Assembly (NCBI GenBank): GCA_008369845.1
Contig: MRSU01003466.1
Location: 1-34,559, forward strand
Direction: 5' to 3'
Source: Trichomonas gallinae
Taxonomy: Eukaryota
DNA length: 34,559 nucleotides
Below the pieces are notes generated by a model. It did not search any database, had not been told where the DNA came from, and saw only the letters and a program-made list of their open reading frames with translations. The translations under genes were made by a program, and so were the position numbers. The stretch's first letter is position 1; each line of letters begins with the position of its first letter. Positions 8,899 through 18,758 of this stretch are shown piece by piece.

Positions 8899-10047
8899 TT
8901 ATTTCCTTGGAACCATATCGAGCATATCTTTCTGGATGTGTAATGCAGCAAGTGCATTAGAAGCAGTAATGACGTATTGCGATGGTGGATCAGCGTGTGG
9001 TTCTCCCAGGAAGATGGAAATTTCGCGATTTGGCGCGTTGTAGGCAGCAGTTGCCTGCGAAATCGTCGGAGCAAGGAAATAACCATTTTTATCGTAAGCT
9101 CCATCGTGCTGCGATGTCGTTACATTGTCAGGCTGTATATTAAAGATATTCCATTGAGATTTTTCGATATCGTAGTAATAAATTGGCGAAAACTGATTAT
9201 CTCCTTGCGAGTCGTCTCCTGATTCACCGCCAACTAAAAGCAGGTAGTCATCGAACGGAACGAGGCTGGCATTTGTGACTGTTGGAGGCGGACAAACGCC
9301 CGAAACTTTCAAAACGACGCCGTCAGCAGGCTGGAAGTCGAAAACGAGGAACCCAGCCGTCTGAGAGGCACCATATACATATAACTTGTCACCGATCATC
9401 GCTGAGCAAGCTGCAGATCTTCCGTGATTTAAGTTGACTTGTGTCCAATGGAGAGTCTCGATATCGAGGATATACATATCTGTGTGGATGCTCACATCTG
9501 ATCCACTATAAATTAATATCTTTCCTTCGTAATATCCCATGATATGATTCGTCCTCGGGCAAGGAGCGTCGCCTGTCGTCTTTGGACGGGTGACAACGCC
9601 TGTCTGGAGGTTGACGACGTGCAAATCGTCAAGAAATGCACTATCCGAGGTTCCTCCAAAAATCCATAAATCAATTCCAACGAGAACAGCTCTTGCGCCC
9701 GACCTCGGTGGCACGGATGATGAGTCTACATTTATTTGCGTCCACTTATTCGTGTTTAAATCCAAGAACCAGAAATCATTATACATTTGTTCGTCAGGCG
9801 ATGTTCCGTAGCAGATTACAACATAGTTGAATTGCGGCACATAGACAGAGCAGTGCCCTACGCGAGGTCCTGGGCACGGCTGATCGAAATTACGCAAAAC
9901 CCAGACTCCGCCATTTTTTCTCACTGTTTTATGCATGGAAACAGTGCTTTTTTTGCTCGTTCGTATAGACTGGTAGCCAGGCGGCCTCTTGGGCATGGCA
10001 TAATGAGCCTGATAGGCCCGGATGTCTTCGGACGTGAAAGCACCCAT
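8899..10047 (-). CDS. Kelch-repeat beta-propeller protein, 382 aa
   Basis: Kelch blades PGPRVGHCSV...YG...NDFWFLDL..NKW, VPPRSGARAV...IFGG...DDLHVVNL, PCPRTNHIMG...IYSG...DMYILDI..LHW, GRSAACSA...VYG, PPTVTNASL...LVGG...YYYDI..QW, APTISQATA. Starts MGAFTS. Confidence 0.92.
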   Translation of the reverse strand: MGAFTSEDIRAYQAHYAMPKRPPGYQSIRTSKKSTVSMHKTVRKNGGVWVLRNFDQPCPGPRVGHCSVYVPQFNYVVICYGTSPDEQMYNDFWFLDLNTNKWTQINVDSSSVPPRSGARAVLVGIDLWIFGGTSDSAFLDDLHVVNLQTGVVTRPKTTGDAPCPRTNHIMGYYEGKILIYSGSDVSIHTDMYILDIETLHWTQVNLNHGRSAACSAMIGDKLYVYGASQTAGFLVFDFQPADGVVLKVSGVCPPPTVTNASLVPFDDYLLLVGGESGDDSQGDNQFSPIYYYDIEKSQWNIFNIQPDNVTTSQHDGAYDKNGYFLAPTISQATAAYNAPNREISIFLGEPHADPPSQYVITASNALAALHIQKDMLDMVPRK

Positions 10048-10060
10048 TTTTTTTAACCGA

Positions 10061-10285
10061 TTTACATTTTTTTTATCAATTTTTATGAAATCATGATCTA
10101 TATATAAAAATGAATAATGATTTTATATCTAAATTATTTTGAGAAATTTACATAATAAGTTTGATTACTTTACATTTTTTATCTAATTTTTCTAAATAAT
10201 AATCTATATATAAAAATGGATAATGATTTTGATGGGAAATTATTTTGAAAAGTTTACAATACATGTTTGAATAGTTTACATTTTT
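10061..10285. repeat. ~107-bp degenerate tandem duplication (2 copies plus start of a third)
   Basis: TTTACATTTTT at 10061, 10169 and 10275. Both full units share ATCTATATATAAAAATG(A/G)ATAATGATTTT...AAATTATTTTGA.AA.TTTACA...GTTTGA. Confidence 0.85.
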
Positions 10286-10797
10286 CGAGTATTTATATAT
10301 GTTTATATAAATTTTGATTGTTATAATTTCACATCATTTTCGTTTCAATCAAATTTGATGCCTTTTCTCAATTTTTTCTTTTAAAAATTTTTACCAAGCT
10401 ATGCATTGTTTTATGAATAAATTTTCATTTCATTTTTTTTTTGTAAACTTCACCTTATTAATAGTATAAAGAAAGACAGGCACCAACAAAATCATACATA
10501 TACACCACTTTTACAGCATGTTGCCACCATTTCATACCAAAAATTCGATATTTTTCGATTATTTTTAATTTTTCATCTCATTTTCTTCGTTTTTAGAATG
10601 GATAAATCACTTTTATTGATTATACAACTGCAGTATATTAAGTATTAACTAGTCAAAGCTTCTTTGTCCAAGAAATTTAAAAATTTCGAATAAATATGTA
10701 AAAATTATGAAATTTTGAAAAAAAAAACAAACAAATATATTTATTGAGATTATGTGGAAACAACCTCAAGCTAATTACATGATATAAAAAAATATTT

Positions 10798-13700
10798 CTA
10801 AACATAATATGATAAACCTGCGCATAACAGGCAACTATTGTTCATGCAGCATCTCTTGCAGCATATTCTGGAGCATGATGTGCATTGTTCCGAGGCAATA
10901 CTGCCACAAATTGGACATCTTGATAGAATATCGTGCTTGAGCCTAGGAGAAGACAAGCCCATAGGCGTCCATAACACAACAGTGCTGTCAACATCTGATG
11001 TTGTGAAGCAATACTTGGTTTGGTGCATAGCAATGGAAACAATTTCTTTCAAATGAGGAGATTGCAATTCTTTGATTTCGACTGTGCTGTAATCAGGTCT
11101 ATAGGTGACAATGGATACAGCACCGTTGATAAATCCTATAATTGCAGCTCTCACTGAAACTGAATTAGATAAATGGAAAACTGATATTGCGGAAGGCTGC
11201 TGTTTCAGCTGTTTTTCGATAAGAATTGTTCCATTGATTGAAATGATAACGAGAGACGAAACTGTTATTATCCAAATGCAATTCGAGTTTTCATCGAATT
11301 TGACGCAAACGACTTTTGATGATAATTCGACTTTCCTATGAATGGCTCCGCTGAAAACTTCCCACAGAACTAAAGTTCTTCCGAAAACTGTGGCTCCAAT
11401 GCAGTCGAATCCTGATATATCAGAGACAGGCTTGTAAGGTAAAGAAAGAGCTGACAATGAAGTGATTTCTACAGGAACATTTCCTTCATATTTGACCCTG
11501 AATGATCTGGACAAGCAAAATTCATAGTCAACAATTAAAATTAGTCCATTGTCGGAAACAGCCAAGCCTGACGCATAAACGAATGTTGGCGAGCATCTCC
11601 TGAAAACAATGTTGTTAGTTCTGATGTTTCTAACAACAATCGATAAATTAGAATTATCAAGTTCGAAGACTAAATCACGCGTGCAAAATAGTCTTTGCGT
11701 AGATGGATTCACTGATTTAATGTTGTCGATCTCGAACATTACATTTTGTGCTTTGATGTTTGTGACTTGTGGAGTGAAGAAAGAATGAATTGATGAACAA
11801 TTCTTTCTTCCTGAACTCTTCGATTTTGGACTGAAATTAACTGGAAAATCTAAACCATTTGACAGTCTTCTTAACTTGTGGCAGAATGAAGTGATTGAAT
11901 TTATTTCTTTTTCACTCTCCATTTTATCTAGAATCATAGCGGCTGCTCGTTGTCCTCCTTTTAATAGTTCAGGGATTGCTATGTCTAAAGGAGAAATTCC
12001 TGAATCATCAATAACGATTTTGCCGACATCGATAAATGCTGGCTTTGATGTTATTGATGATTTGTGTAGAGTGAAAATGTCTGGTGTTGAACTTCTTCTC
12101 GCTAAATCCTGTCTGCGTGAGCTGGACTTTTCAACAGTTGATTTAGGACTAAGATATGTGTTTGTAAATTTGACTGCATTGTTCAATTTGTTTCTCGTCC
12201 TGTATATGTTATCCAAGATTTCATCCGGAAAATCTAAATTAGGGAAAACAGGCTGATTCAAATAATTAATGAAAAATCTGCCTGTCAATGCGTTGTAGAT
12301 AAACATAGTATCGCTGGCTGTTATCCAACCATTTGCAAACTTTTGGAGAGCTTCTTCAATCGATTTAACTCTGTGAATGAAAGGGAAAGGTGGCATTGCA
12401 TCCAAACACTTTTCGCAGAGCTTGTTTATATATGGTTGGAGCTCACATGCATGATTTGGCAATAAAGTCATTCTAAAGCTGCCAACATCGAAGCCCCAGA
12501 AAACATACGAATCTTCAGTCCTTATCGCGTAAATTAAATCAGAATGTTTGACGTGAATAACAATTCTGCCAGCGAAAATAGATGTACTACCCCAGTCGCC
12601 TTGAATTGCTTCATTCAACAAACTTCTTGTCATATCTGATGAAATTTCGTGTAGTGTTAAAACCTCGCCTTGAAAAGTTGCGAATGTTATTATATCTAAA
12701 GCGCCTTGGAAGAAGAAAACAACGCAGTTGATGTTTTGCGTGTTGCGTGTCAAGACAATTGGATATTTGAATAAAGGAGAACCATCACTATTATGAATTT
12801 TTAAGAATAAGTCCATCATGTTGTTTGGATGCTCAGCAACAGCTTTATTCGTGTATCCTGCATATTCAACATCATTCTTAGAGAAGAAACAAGGTGTTAG
12901 CAATCTCGGCGGCAAGAATGGATAAGAACGCGGTGATAATGTATAGGCTTTTGGTGCATAATTTTCGATATCACTTTTCGCATCTTTTACTTCAGCGATG
13001 AATGATGTCCAGCTGACCATTTCTTCCAAAACAATGAATTCACTATTGAGTGAAGATAATGTTGCAAACATTAATTCTTCGAAAATTTTTTTCGATAATT
13101 TAGCGATGCAAACTGTTTTATGGGATTCAATTGCCAGCTGATTTATCTCCTTGAAAGCAACATCTCTGACATTTACCGAAGAAATCATGACAGAAACATC
13201 CATGCTTTTTGATTTGTATGCAGCCTCGAAGACGCCAAAGTCGCCTTTCTTAGCCAAAACCATGCTATCTGGGAAATATTTTGCTATTCTCTCATTGAAC
13301 ATGTTTAAGTTTGCTTTAGCAGTCATCAGTAAATAATACCATGAGTCAATTGATTTCGTTATATCTATTAACTGTATGAAAGCCTTGAAACAAGAAACAA
13401 TGTGAGAAACAATTAAAGGAATTTTGTCGTCAGCCAAATGGATGAATAAGTTCTGCAATAAGTTGTCGATGATTGTTGCCATTGCAGGAGAAAACATGTC
13501 TCCTTGTGCTCCTAACAATGAATTGATATATGTTAATAGCTGCAGGAAAACGTCAGATTCGAAACCACTCAAATAACCGGAGTTTGATAAAAACAGCAAA
13601 GTAATGAATAAATCTTGGATGCTTCCTTGTTTTGGATTATTTGTTAAGATGTAGTTGAAAACATTGATGATAAAATGTCTTATGAATATATCAGATCTCT

Positions 13701-16700
13701 GTTTTGAAATTGTCGAGAAGCCCAGCAAAAAGATACAACTCGTTGATTGATTTGACATAATCAAGAACTGGTTGATGAACAAAATTAATGATGGAATTTG
13801 TTTCAATTCGATATTATTGTTGCAATCAAGAAGATCGATAAGGAAATCAACACAGCTGACATCTTCTGATGGAATTTCAACATTAATTTTGCCTAAAATC
13901 TTATCATAGTTTGACCAGTTCGATGCATCAATTTCAAATGTTTCTTTTGGAATCTTTTCTTGTGTTGTTCTTATCGAATACAGTTCTAGTCTTTCCTTAA
14001 TGGTTTTGATATTCAAACACAATGGAAGCCAAGAACATAAGGTTGTTACGCATCTTTCTGATTCGATAACGAAATTGATTTTGTTGAGCAAAAATCTAGA
14101 AAGAGCATCAACAAATTGGAACAATTCATTTCTTCCTCTGTAAACAGCTGACGCTCCAACACAAACCATGACAATTGCGAATTGGAAAACTTCTGTGTTA
14201 TGGCTTTGGTCTGCCATTACAATTACATCTTTCCAAACATTTTCATCGTAAATGCACATCGCGATAACCTTTAGCATTGATCTACTCGCGATTATATAAG
14301 AATCTTTGTAACTTGTTATCAGTGACATTAAATGAATGATTTTCGCTTTCATTGCAACATCAGATAATAATGATATTTGTAGCAATGAATTAAATGGAGC
14401 AATATCTATAATAATCTCGAAGTTCTTTTTGTCAATGAAATTTGTCAATGCGTCAATTATATTATTTTGTATTTCAACACTGCCTATCTTTAATAAAGCT
14501 CTTAAATAGTTTTTAAGTGATGGAAGCTTTGATATGTTGTTGAGACATGATGTTATCATTGCAGGCATTGCATTGTTATCCATGATTTTCTTTGTCAAAA
14601 ATATTTCGAAATTTGCCACAGAATGAAAATCAATTCCATCGAATCTCTCGAAAATAGCATCAACTAAAATGTCATTATTAACATTATCCCACATCTTCTT
14701 GTGTAGTAAAATGCTTGTCAAGGCTCCTTCACTTTTACTATTTTTGGAAGATGAATCCAAAAAATCCATAAATAAAGGCCTCGACATGAATGGATGGCAA
14801 TTTGTAAAAGCACCGATTAACATCCAATAGAACCTTTCTGCATCATAGTGCATGATGTCTTGTATATTCAATAACGTGTGGAAGACTGCTCCAAACTGTT
14901 TAGCGTTCTGTGATGCACCTAATGCAGCTAAAAGTGTTCTTTGAGGAGAGTTGCTCAAAAAGTGCATCGGGAAGCCGAAATAAGGGACGCAGACCAAATT
15001 AGGTGGAATGAAAACATTGAAATTGTGGCTGTCTAAACCATTTGGAGTAACAATAATTTCATCATCTGAAATAGAATTAATTGAATGCGGTCCCATTCCA
15101 TATAAATCGTTGTAATTCCTTGGTGGCGATTTTGTGAATCTAATTGCAGGACCAATGAATATCAGATCTTTCGATGCAGCACAAAATCTCGCTGAAGTCA
15201 ATAAGTTTCTCTTTTGCTTTAACTGGAAAGTGAAAACTCTTCCATTGATGAATAATGCCAAAGAAGTACTCATTAATGTTGACTCTAATTTCATGGCAAC
15301 AAAATTCCATTTCGTTAAATTAATGTTCATCGAATATTGAGTGTCTTCGCATTGTATCATTATCTTTGAACCGTCGAGTGTCAGATTTAACACATCAGTC
15401 TTGAATCCTCTGAGGGAATGAACAGTAGAACTGTTTGATCTAAACCAGAATGAAAGACCAACAAATTGTATGTCGAAGAATAAATCAGTGTTTCCAGGAT
15501 AAAACTGGTACAACTGGAAATGATCGAAAGAAGTGTTAACGAATCTTTCTAGATCATATGGTCTTTCCAAAAGCATCTTAAGATACTTCGACTGCAAAAA
15601 TCTGTTCGCTATTTGATCAATCATTGGAACAGCGAAAATATCGTTCGTTCTTTTAAGAGATTGTTCTATAAATGCACTGCCAAGAAGCCAGGCATTATAT
15701 GGATCCAGTTTCATCGGCTTATCAAGCAAGTGAACAAGTGAATGAACACGAATTGGTCTGCATTGTGCAACGTTGAGTCCGAATATAACTTTTTCGAGGA
15801 GTTCTTGTGACGCATTCAATAATGGATGTTTTTCTTTCAAACTTTCTATTTTGCTTTCGAGTTCATCGAATCTTCTTGTGCAAACTAAAGCAGCCAACAG
15901 TTCTACTAAATTCTCAAGCTGTAGATTAGCAAATGCCCAGTCAATTCCATTGCAAGCAACAAAATTAACAGCAGCATCAGGAGAAAAAACTAAAACCGAA
16001 TTTAAGGACTGCAATAATGATAGTTTTCCAGTTTTCTCTATATAATCTAGAAGCATCTTAATAATTGAAACATCAGGTGATATTGAAATGAACTGTGTTA
16101 ATATATTATTTAAATCTGGTAAATCTAATATCATAACTGATTTGAAAACTGACGGTCTGAATGAAATTGCGCCTTCTAATGAGTACAATGATAAAACTAG
16201 TGGTGAGAAATGGTCATATTTCGTATATAATGCTTGAGTTAAATTTGATGGAAGCTGAACAATGAAGGCAGAGAGAAAATTTGTCTCTAATAACGCGTTA
16301 TATGATATATATTTCTTCGAAATTTGGCTTTGAAGTACTTGTAATAATATTATTAGACTGTCTATTGATGCATCAATTCTAATAATTGCGTTGAATATAA
16401 TTGGAAGACATTTGAGTACCAATTTAGGCTGTATCTTATCAATAACAACTAGGAAATACGAAATATCCACTAAAATCGGTGTATTCCAATTCATCCAATT
16501 TTGAATCGGAATTATTGAGTCTAATTTAGTTATCGACTCTGGAATCTTTTCTATTAACTCACAGACCATCATGACAATTGACTGCTGCATTGGCGGAGTC
16601 TCAGAGAAGATTTTATAGAGATGTTTAAATATTTGAAGATTTGGCGGCGACGAGCCATCCTCATTTTGCGCGTATAGCATTGGCTTGTAGCAATTTGTTC

Positions 16701-17481
16701 TCAGTTCGAATGATGTAAGTGAAACCATGATATCAAAAATTATTAGGGAATTTTGGTTAAAGAATTTTGTAATTTGGCGTGAAGTAGGTGATACGTATTG
16801 GAACATCGTTGCAATAAACAGTGCTGATTGCTCAGCCATGTTATTTTGAATTCTGTTATCTTTGATAAGTGTTCCAACTAATTGGAAAATCTCCATAAAA
16901 TTAACGGATTTGTAATATGGCTTCGTATCTGCATTAAATAATAACGAATTTACAAATTTTGCTGCATTTTCATCTTGATTTTCAATGAAAATATTATTGA
17001 ATATGAATTCAAAATGTGATGTAGACGAAAATTCGGTGAAGAATTGTTGTTTTTTGAGGAATGCTTCAAAAAAACTCTGTGAGAATGTTAGAATTTTAGG
17101 GAGAGTTTTTGAAACTTTGCAACAGTAAACTAATATGTTACAAAAAACATGTGGATTCATCGTAAATGGTGCTATATTGTACAATTTCGATAAGACTTTC
17201 ATATAATGCATTGAAAGAGGAACATTGCCATCAATCAAATTCGAGTTTTCCAACATTTCTTTTATCAGATTTGGTATCAAATATGCGCTTGATGGTTTGA
17301 TAGATTCGAGAACAATGAAATTATCGAAACTGATTAAAAATTGCATCATTAAATTCTGTTTTTCAGCAAGATCTGGTGTTCGCCGCAGCTCTTTTAGAGT
17401 GCTTTGGATGGTTGTATAATGTTCAGACCCCATACAATCGGAAGAGCCAGCATTGCTCGGCCTCCGGAAAAACGAGGTCAT
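10798..17481 (-). CDS. BEACH-family-like (ALFY/WDFY3/neurobeachin-type) protein with degenerate BEACH, WD40 repeats and C-terminal FYVE-like Zn finger, 2227 aa
   Basis: Helical N-terminus. ConA/LamG-like beta region (LSFWFR...WNFVAMK...LALFING). PH-like beta region. BEACH-start remnant KFANGWITASDTMFIYNALTGRFFINYLNQPVFP. WD40-like repeats (LVLWEVFSG, VVCVKFD, IVSIAMH...TTSDVDSTVVLW). C-terminal CxxC-x7-CxxC-x4-CxxC-x5-CxxC. Confidence 0.8.
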   Translation of the reverse strand: MTSFFRRPSNAGSSDCMGSEHYTTIQSTLKELRRTPDLAEKQNLMMQFLISFDNFIVLESIKPSSAYLIPNLIKEMLENSNLIDGNVPLSMHYMKVLSKLYNIAPFTMNPHVFCNILVYCCKVSKTLPKILTFSQSFFEAFLKKQQFFTEFSSTSHFEFIFNNIFIENQDENAAKFVNSLLFNADTKPYYKSVNFMEIFQLVGTLIKDNRIQNNMAEQSALFIATMFQYVSPTSRQITKFFNQNSLIIFDIMVSLTSFELRTNCYKPMLYAQNEDGSSPPNLQIFKHLYKIFSETPPMQQSIVMMVCELIEKIPESITKLDSIIPIQNWMNWNTPILVDISYFLVVIDKIQPKLVLKCLPIIFNAIIRIDASIDSLIILLQVLQSQISKKYISYNALLETNFLSAFIVQLPSNLTQALYTKYDHFSPLVLSLYSLEGAISFRPSVFKSVMILDLPDLNNILTQFISISPDVSIIKMLLDYIEKTGKLSLLQSLNSVLVFSPDAAVNFVACNGIDWAFANLQLENLVELLAALVCTRRFDELESKIESLKEKHPLLNASQELLEKVIFGLNVAQCRPIRVHSLVHLLDKPMKLDPYNAWLLGSAFIEQSLKRTNDIFAVPMIDQIANRFLQSKYLKMLLERPYDLERFVNTSFDHFQLYQFYPGNTDLFFDIQFVGLSFWFRSNSSTVHSLRGFKTDVLNLTLDGSKIMIQCEDTQYSMNINLTKWNFVAMKLESTLMSTSLALFINGRVFTFQLKQKRNLLTSARFCAASKDLIFIGPAIRFTKSPPRNYNDLYGMGPHSINSISDDEIIVTPNGLDSHNFNVFIPPNLVCVPYFGFPMHFLSNSPQRTLLAALGASQNAKQFGAVFHTLLNIQDIMHYDAERFYWMLIGAFTNCHPFMSRPLFMDFLDSSSKNSKSEGALTSILLHKKMWDNVNNDILVDAIFERFDGIDFHSVANFEIFLTKKIMDNNAMPAMITSCLNNISKLPSLKNYLRALLKIGSVEIQNNIIDALTNFIDKKNFEIIIDIAPFNSLLQISLLSDVAMKAKIIHLMSLITSYKDSYIIASRSMLKVIAMCIYDENVWKDVIVMADQSHNTEVFQFAIVMVCVGASAVYRGRNELFQFVDALSRFLLNKINFVIESERCVTTLCSWLPLCLNIKTIKERLELYSIRTTQEKIPKETFEIDASNWSNYDKILGKINVEIPSEDVSCVDFLIDLLDCNNNIELKQIPSLILFINQFLIMSNQSTSCIFLLGFSTISKQRSDIFIRHFIINVFNYILTNNPKQGSIQDLFITLLFLSNSGYLSGFESDVFLQLLTYINSLLGAQGDMFSPAMATIIDNLLQNLFIHLADDKIPLIVSHIVSCFKAFIQLIDITKSIDSWYYLLMTAKANLNMFNERIAKYFPDSMVLAKKGDFGVFEAAYKSKSMDVSVMISSVNVRDVAFKEINQLAIESHKTVCIAKLSKKIFEELMFATLSSLNSEFIVLEEMVSWTSFIAEVKDAKSDIENYAPKAYTLSPRSYPFLPPRLLTPCFFSKNDVEYAGYTNKAVAEHPNNMMDLFLKIHNSDGSPLFKYPIVLTRNTQNINCVVFFFQGALDIITFATFQGEVLTLHEISSDMTRSLLNEAIQGDWGSTSIFAGRIVIHVKHSDLIYAIRTEDSYVFWGFDVGSFRMTLLPNHACELQPYINKLCEKCLDAMPPFPFIHRVKSIEEALQKFANGWITASDTMFIYNALTGRFFINYLNQPVFPNLDFPDEILDNIYRTRNKLNNAVKFTNTYLSPKSTVEKSSSRRQDLARRSSTPDIFTLHKSSITSKPAFIDVGKIVIDDSGISPLDIAIPELLKGGQRAAAMILDKMESEKEINSITSFCHKLRRLSNGLDFPVNFSPKSKSSGRKNCSSIHSFFTPQVTNIKAQNVMFEIDNIKSVNPSTQRLFCTRDLVFELDNSNLSIVVRNIRTNNIVFRRCSPTFVYASGLAVSDNGLILIVDYEFCLSRSFRVKYEGNVPVEITSLSALSLPYKPVSDISGFDCIGATVFGRTLVLWEVFSGAIHRKVELSSKVVCVKFDENSNCIWIITVSSLVIISINGTILIEKQLKQQPSAISVFHLSNSVSVRAAIIGFINGAVSIVTYRPDYSTVEIKELQSPHLKEIVSIAMHQTKYCFTTSDVDSTVVLWTPMGLSSPRLKHDILSRCPICGSIASEQCTSCSRICCKRCCMNNSCLLCAGLSYYV

Positions 17482-18462
17482 TTTTTAGTACCTTAAAAAT
17501 CTGACAATTTTTCCAAAATTTAAAAAATTATTTATCTATTTATTTCCATTATGTGATATTTTTTGTAAATTTCTCAATTTTTCAAATATTTACAACAACA
17601 AAATCTTTATCATTATTTTCTAGTTTTTATCCAATAACAATCATATATCATGCCTATAGTGATTCATATAATGCCAATGAAAGTATCCTTTTCTTAAAAT
17701 AATTTTGTTTTTCTAATATTTTGAACATTTATCTGATAATTTATTAGTATACATCTAATATGAATCACAGAATATGATTTAAATGATGCACATAATGTTT
17801 GGAAATATCTACAATATTCACTACGTTATATCATAAATTGAATATTCTTATTTTCATTTTCATGTAACTATCAAGCATAGAGTATATAACAGTGCTGTAA
17901 TATTACGATTGAAGCTAGTATAAACATATTTTTATCATCATTGCTGTTTTTTTTTTAATAATGTTATACATACACATAAAATCTATTATTTATAAAACAA
18001 AATCCGACTAATATAATACACATGAAATCAAAACACTTGAAAATATCTAATAATATCAAAAAATTTCAATCAAGTAGTTATTTTTTGAAATATGATTCGG
18101 TATTCAGCTTAAAACTAGAAAATATAATATAATCAGCTTTACTAGGAATTATAATACTTTTTATCCATCATATTCGAAGAATTTCAACGATAATTTAATT
18201 CAAGACCTGTATGACCAAATTATCTATTAAAACTTACACTAGCAATAATTTTTTTGCATCTAGGCGATTTAGTAATTAAATTACGAAATGTATATGCATA
18301 GAAATGAAAAATTTATTGGATGTATTTCCTTACACAGTGCATTGTTAATCATTATCATGCAGCATCGTTTTTATATCAATTAGCATATCATAGTTCAGCA
18401 ATTGTCTTCTATAAATAGAAACCATATAATGGAATTCAATATGTAGTCAAATTTAATATTTA

Positions 18463-18639
18463 TTTGTCATGTAAAAACTGAGTTTTGTCAATATTTGAAT
18501 GTTATTTGACATGTAAAATCACGATCAAGCTATTGACAAAACGTGTCAAATAATTTCAATGAAAACAACAGAAATCGACAATTATACAGTAGAACATAAA
18601 TATTTATTTCTATTTCCTTACTCAATTTTGACATGTAAA
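18463..18639. promoter_or_regulatory. Cluster of TTTG(A/T)CATGTAAA / TGACA motifs upstream of the giant gene
   Basis: TTTGTCATGTAAA at 18463; TTTGACATGTAAA at 18505 and 18627; inverted pair TTGACA-N5-TGTCAA at 18533-18549; TTGTCAA at 18485. The regulatory role is inferred from position only. Confidence 0.45.
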
Positions 18640-18744
18640 GTTTTGATTTTGATGTGAAATGGGTAACTATATTATCATTTATAGATCAATTTTTTTATTC
18701 AATTTTTTTTGTCAATTTTCGAATTTTTATATTTTTCGGAGTTT

Positions 18745-18750
18745 TCAGTT
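18745..18750 (+). promoter_or_regulatory. Inr-like TCAGTT
   Basis: TCAGTT 14 nt upstream of ATG 18759, the same spacing as the other + strand genes. Confidence 0.5.
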
Positions 18751-18758
18751 TTTATTTC

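Noticed and set aside
18654..18758. 35-aa hydrophobic N-terminal extension of the giant ORF (apparent signal/TM)
   Set aside because: It starts at GTG and the Phe/Ile richness just reflects T-rich promoter DNA. An Inr-like element lies at 18745, before ATG 18759.
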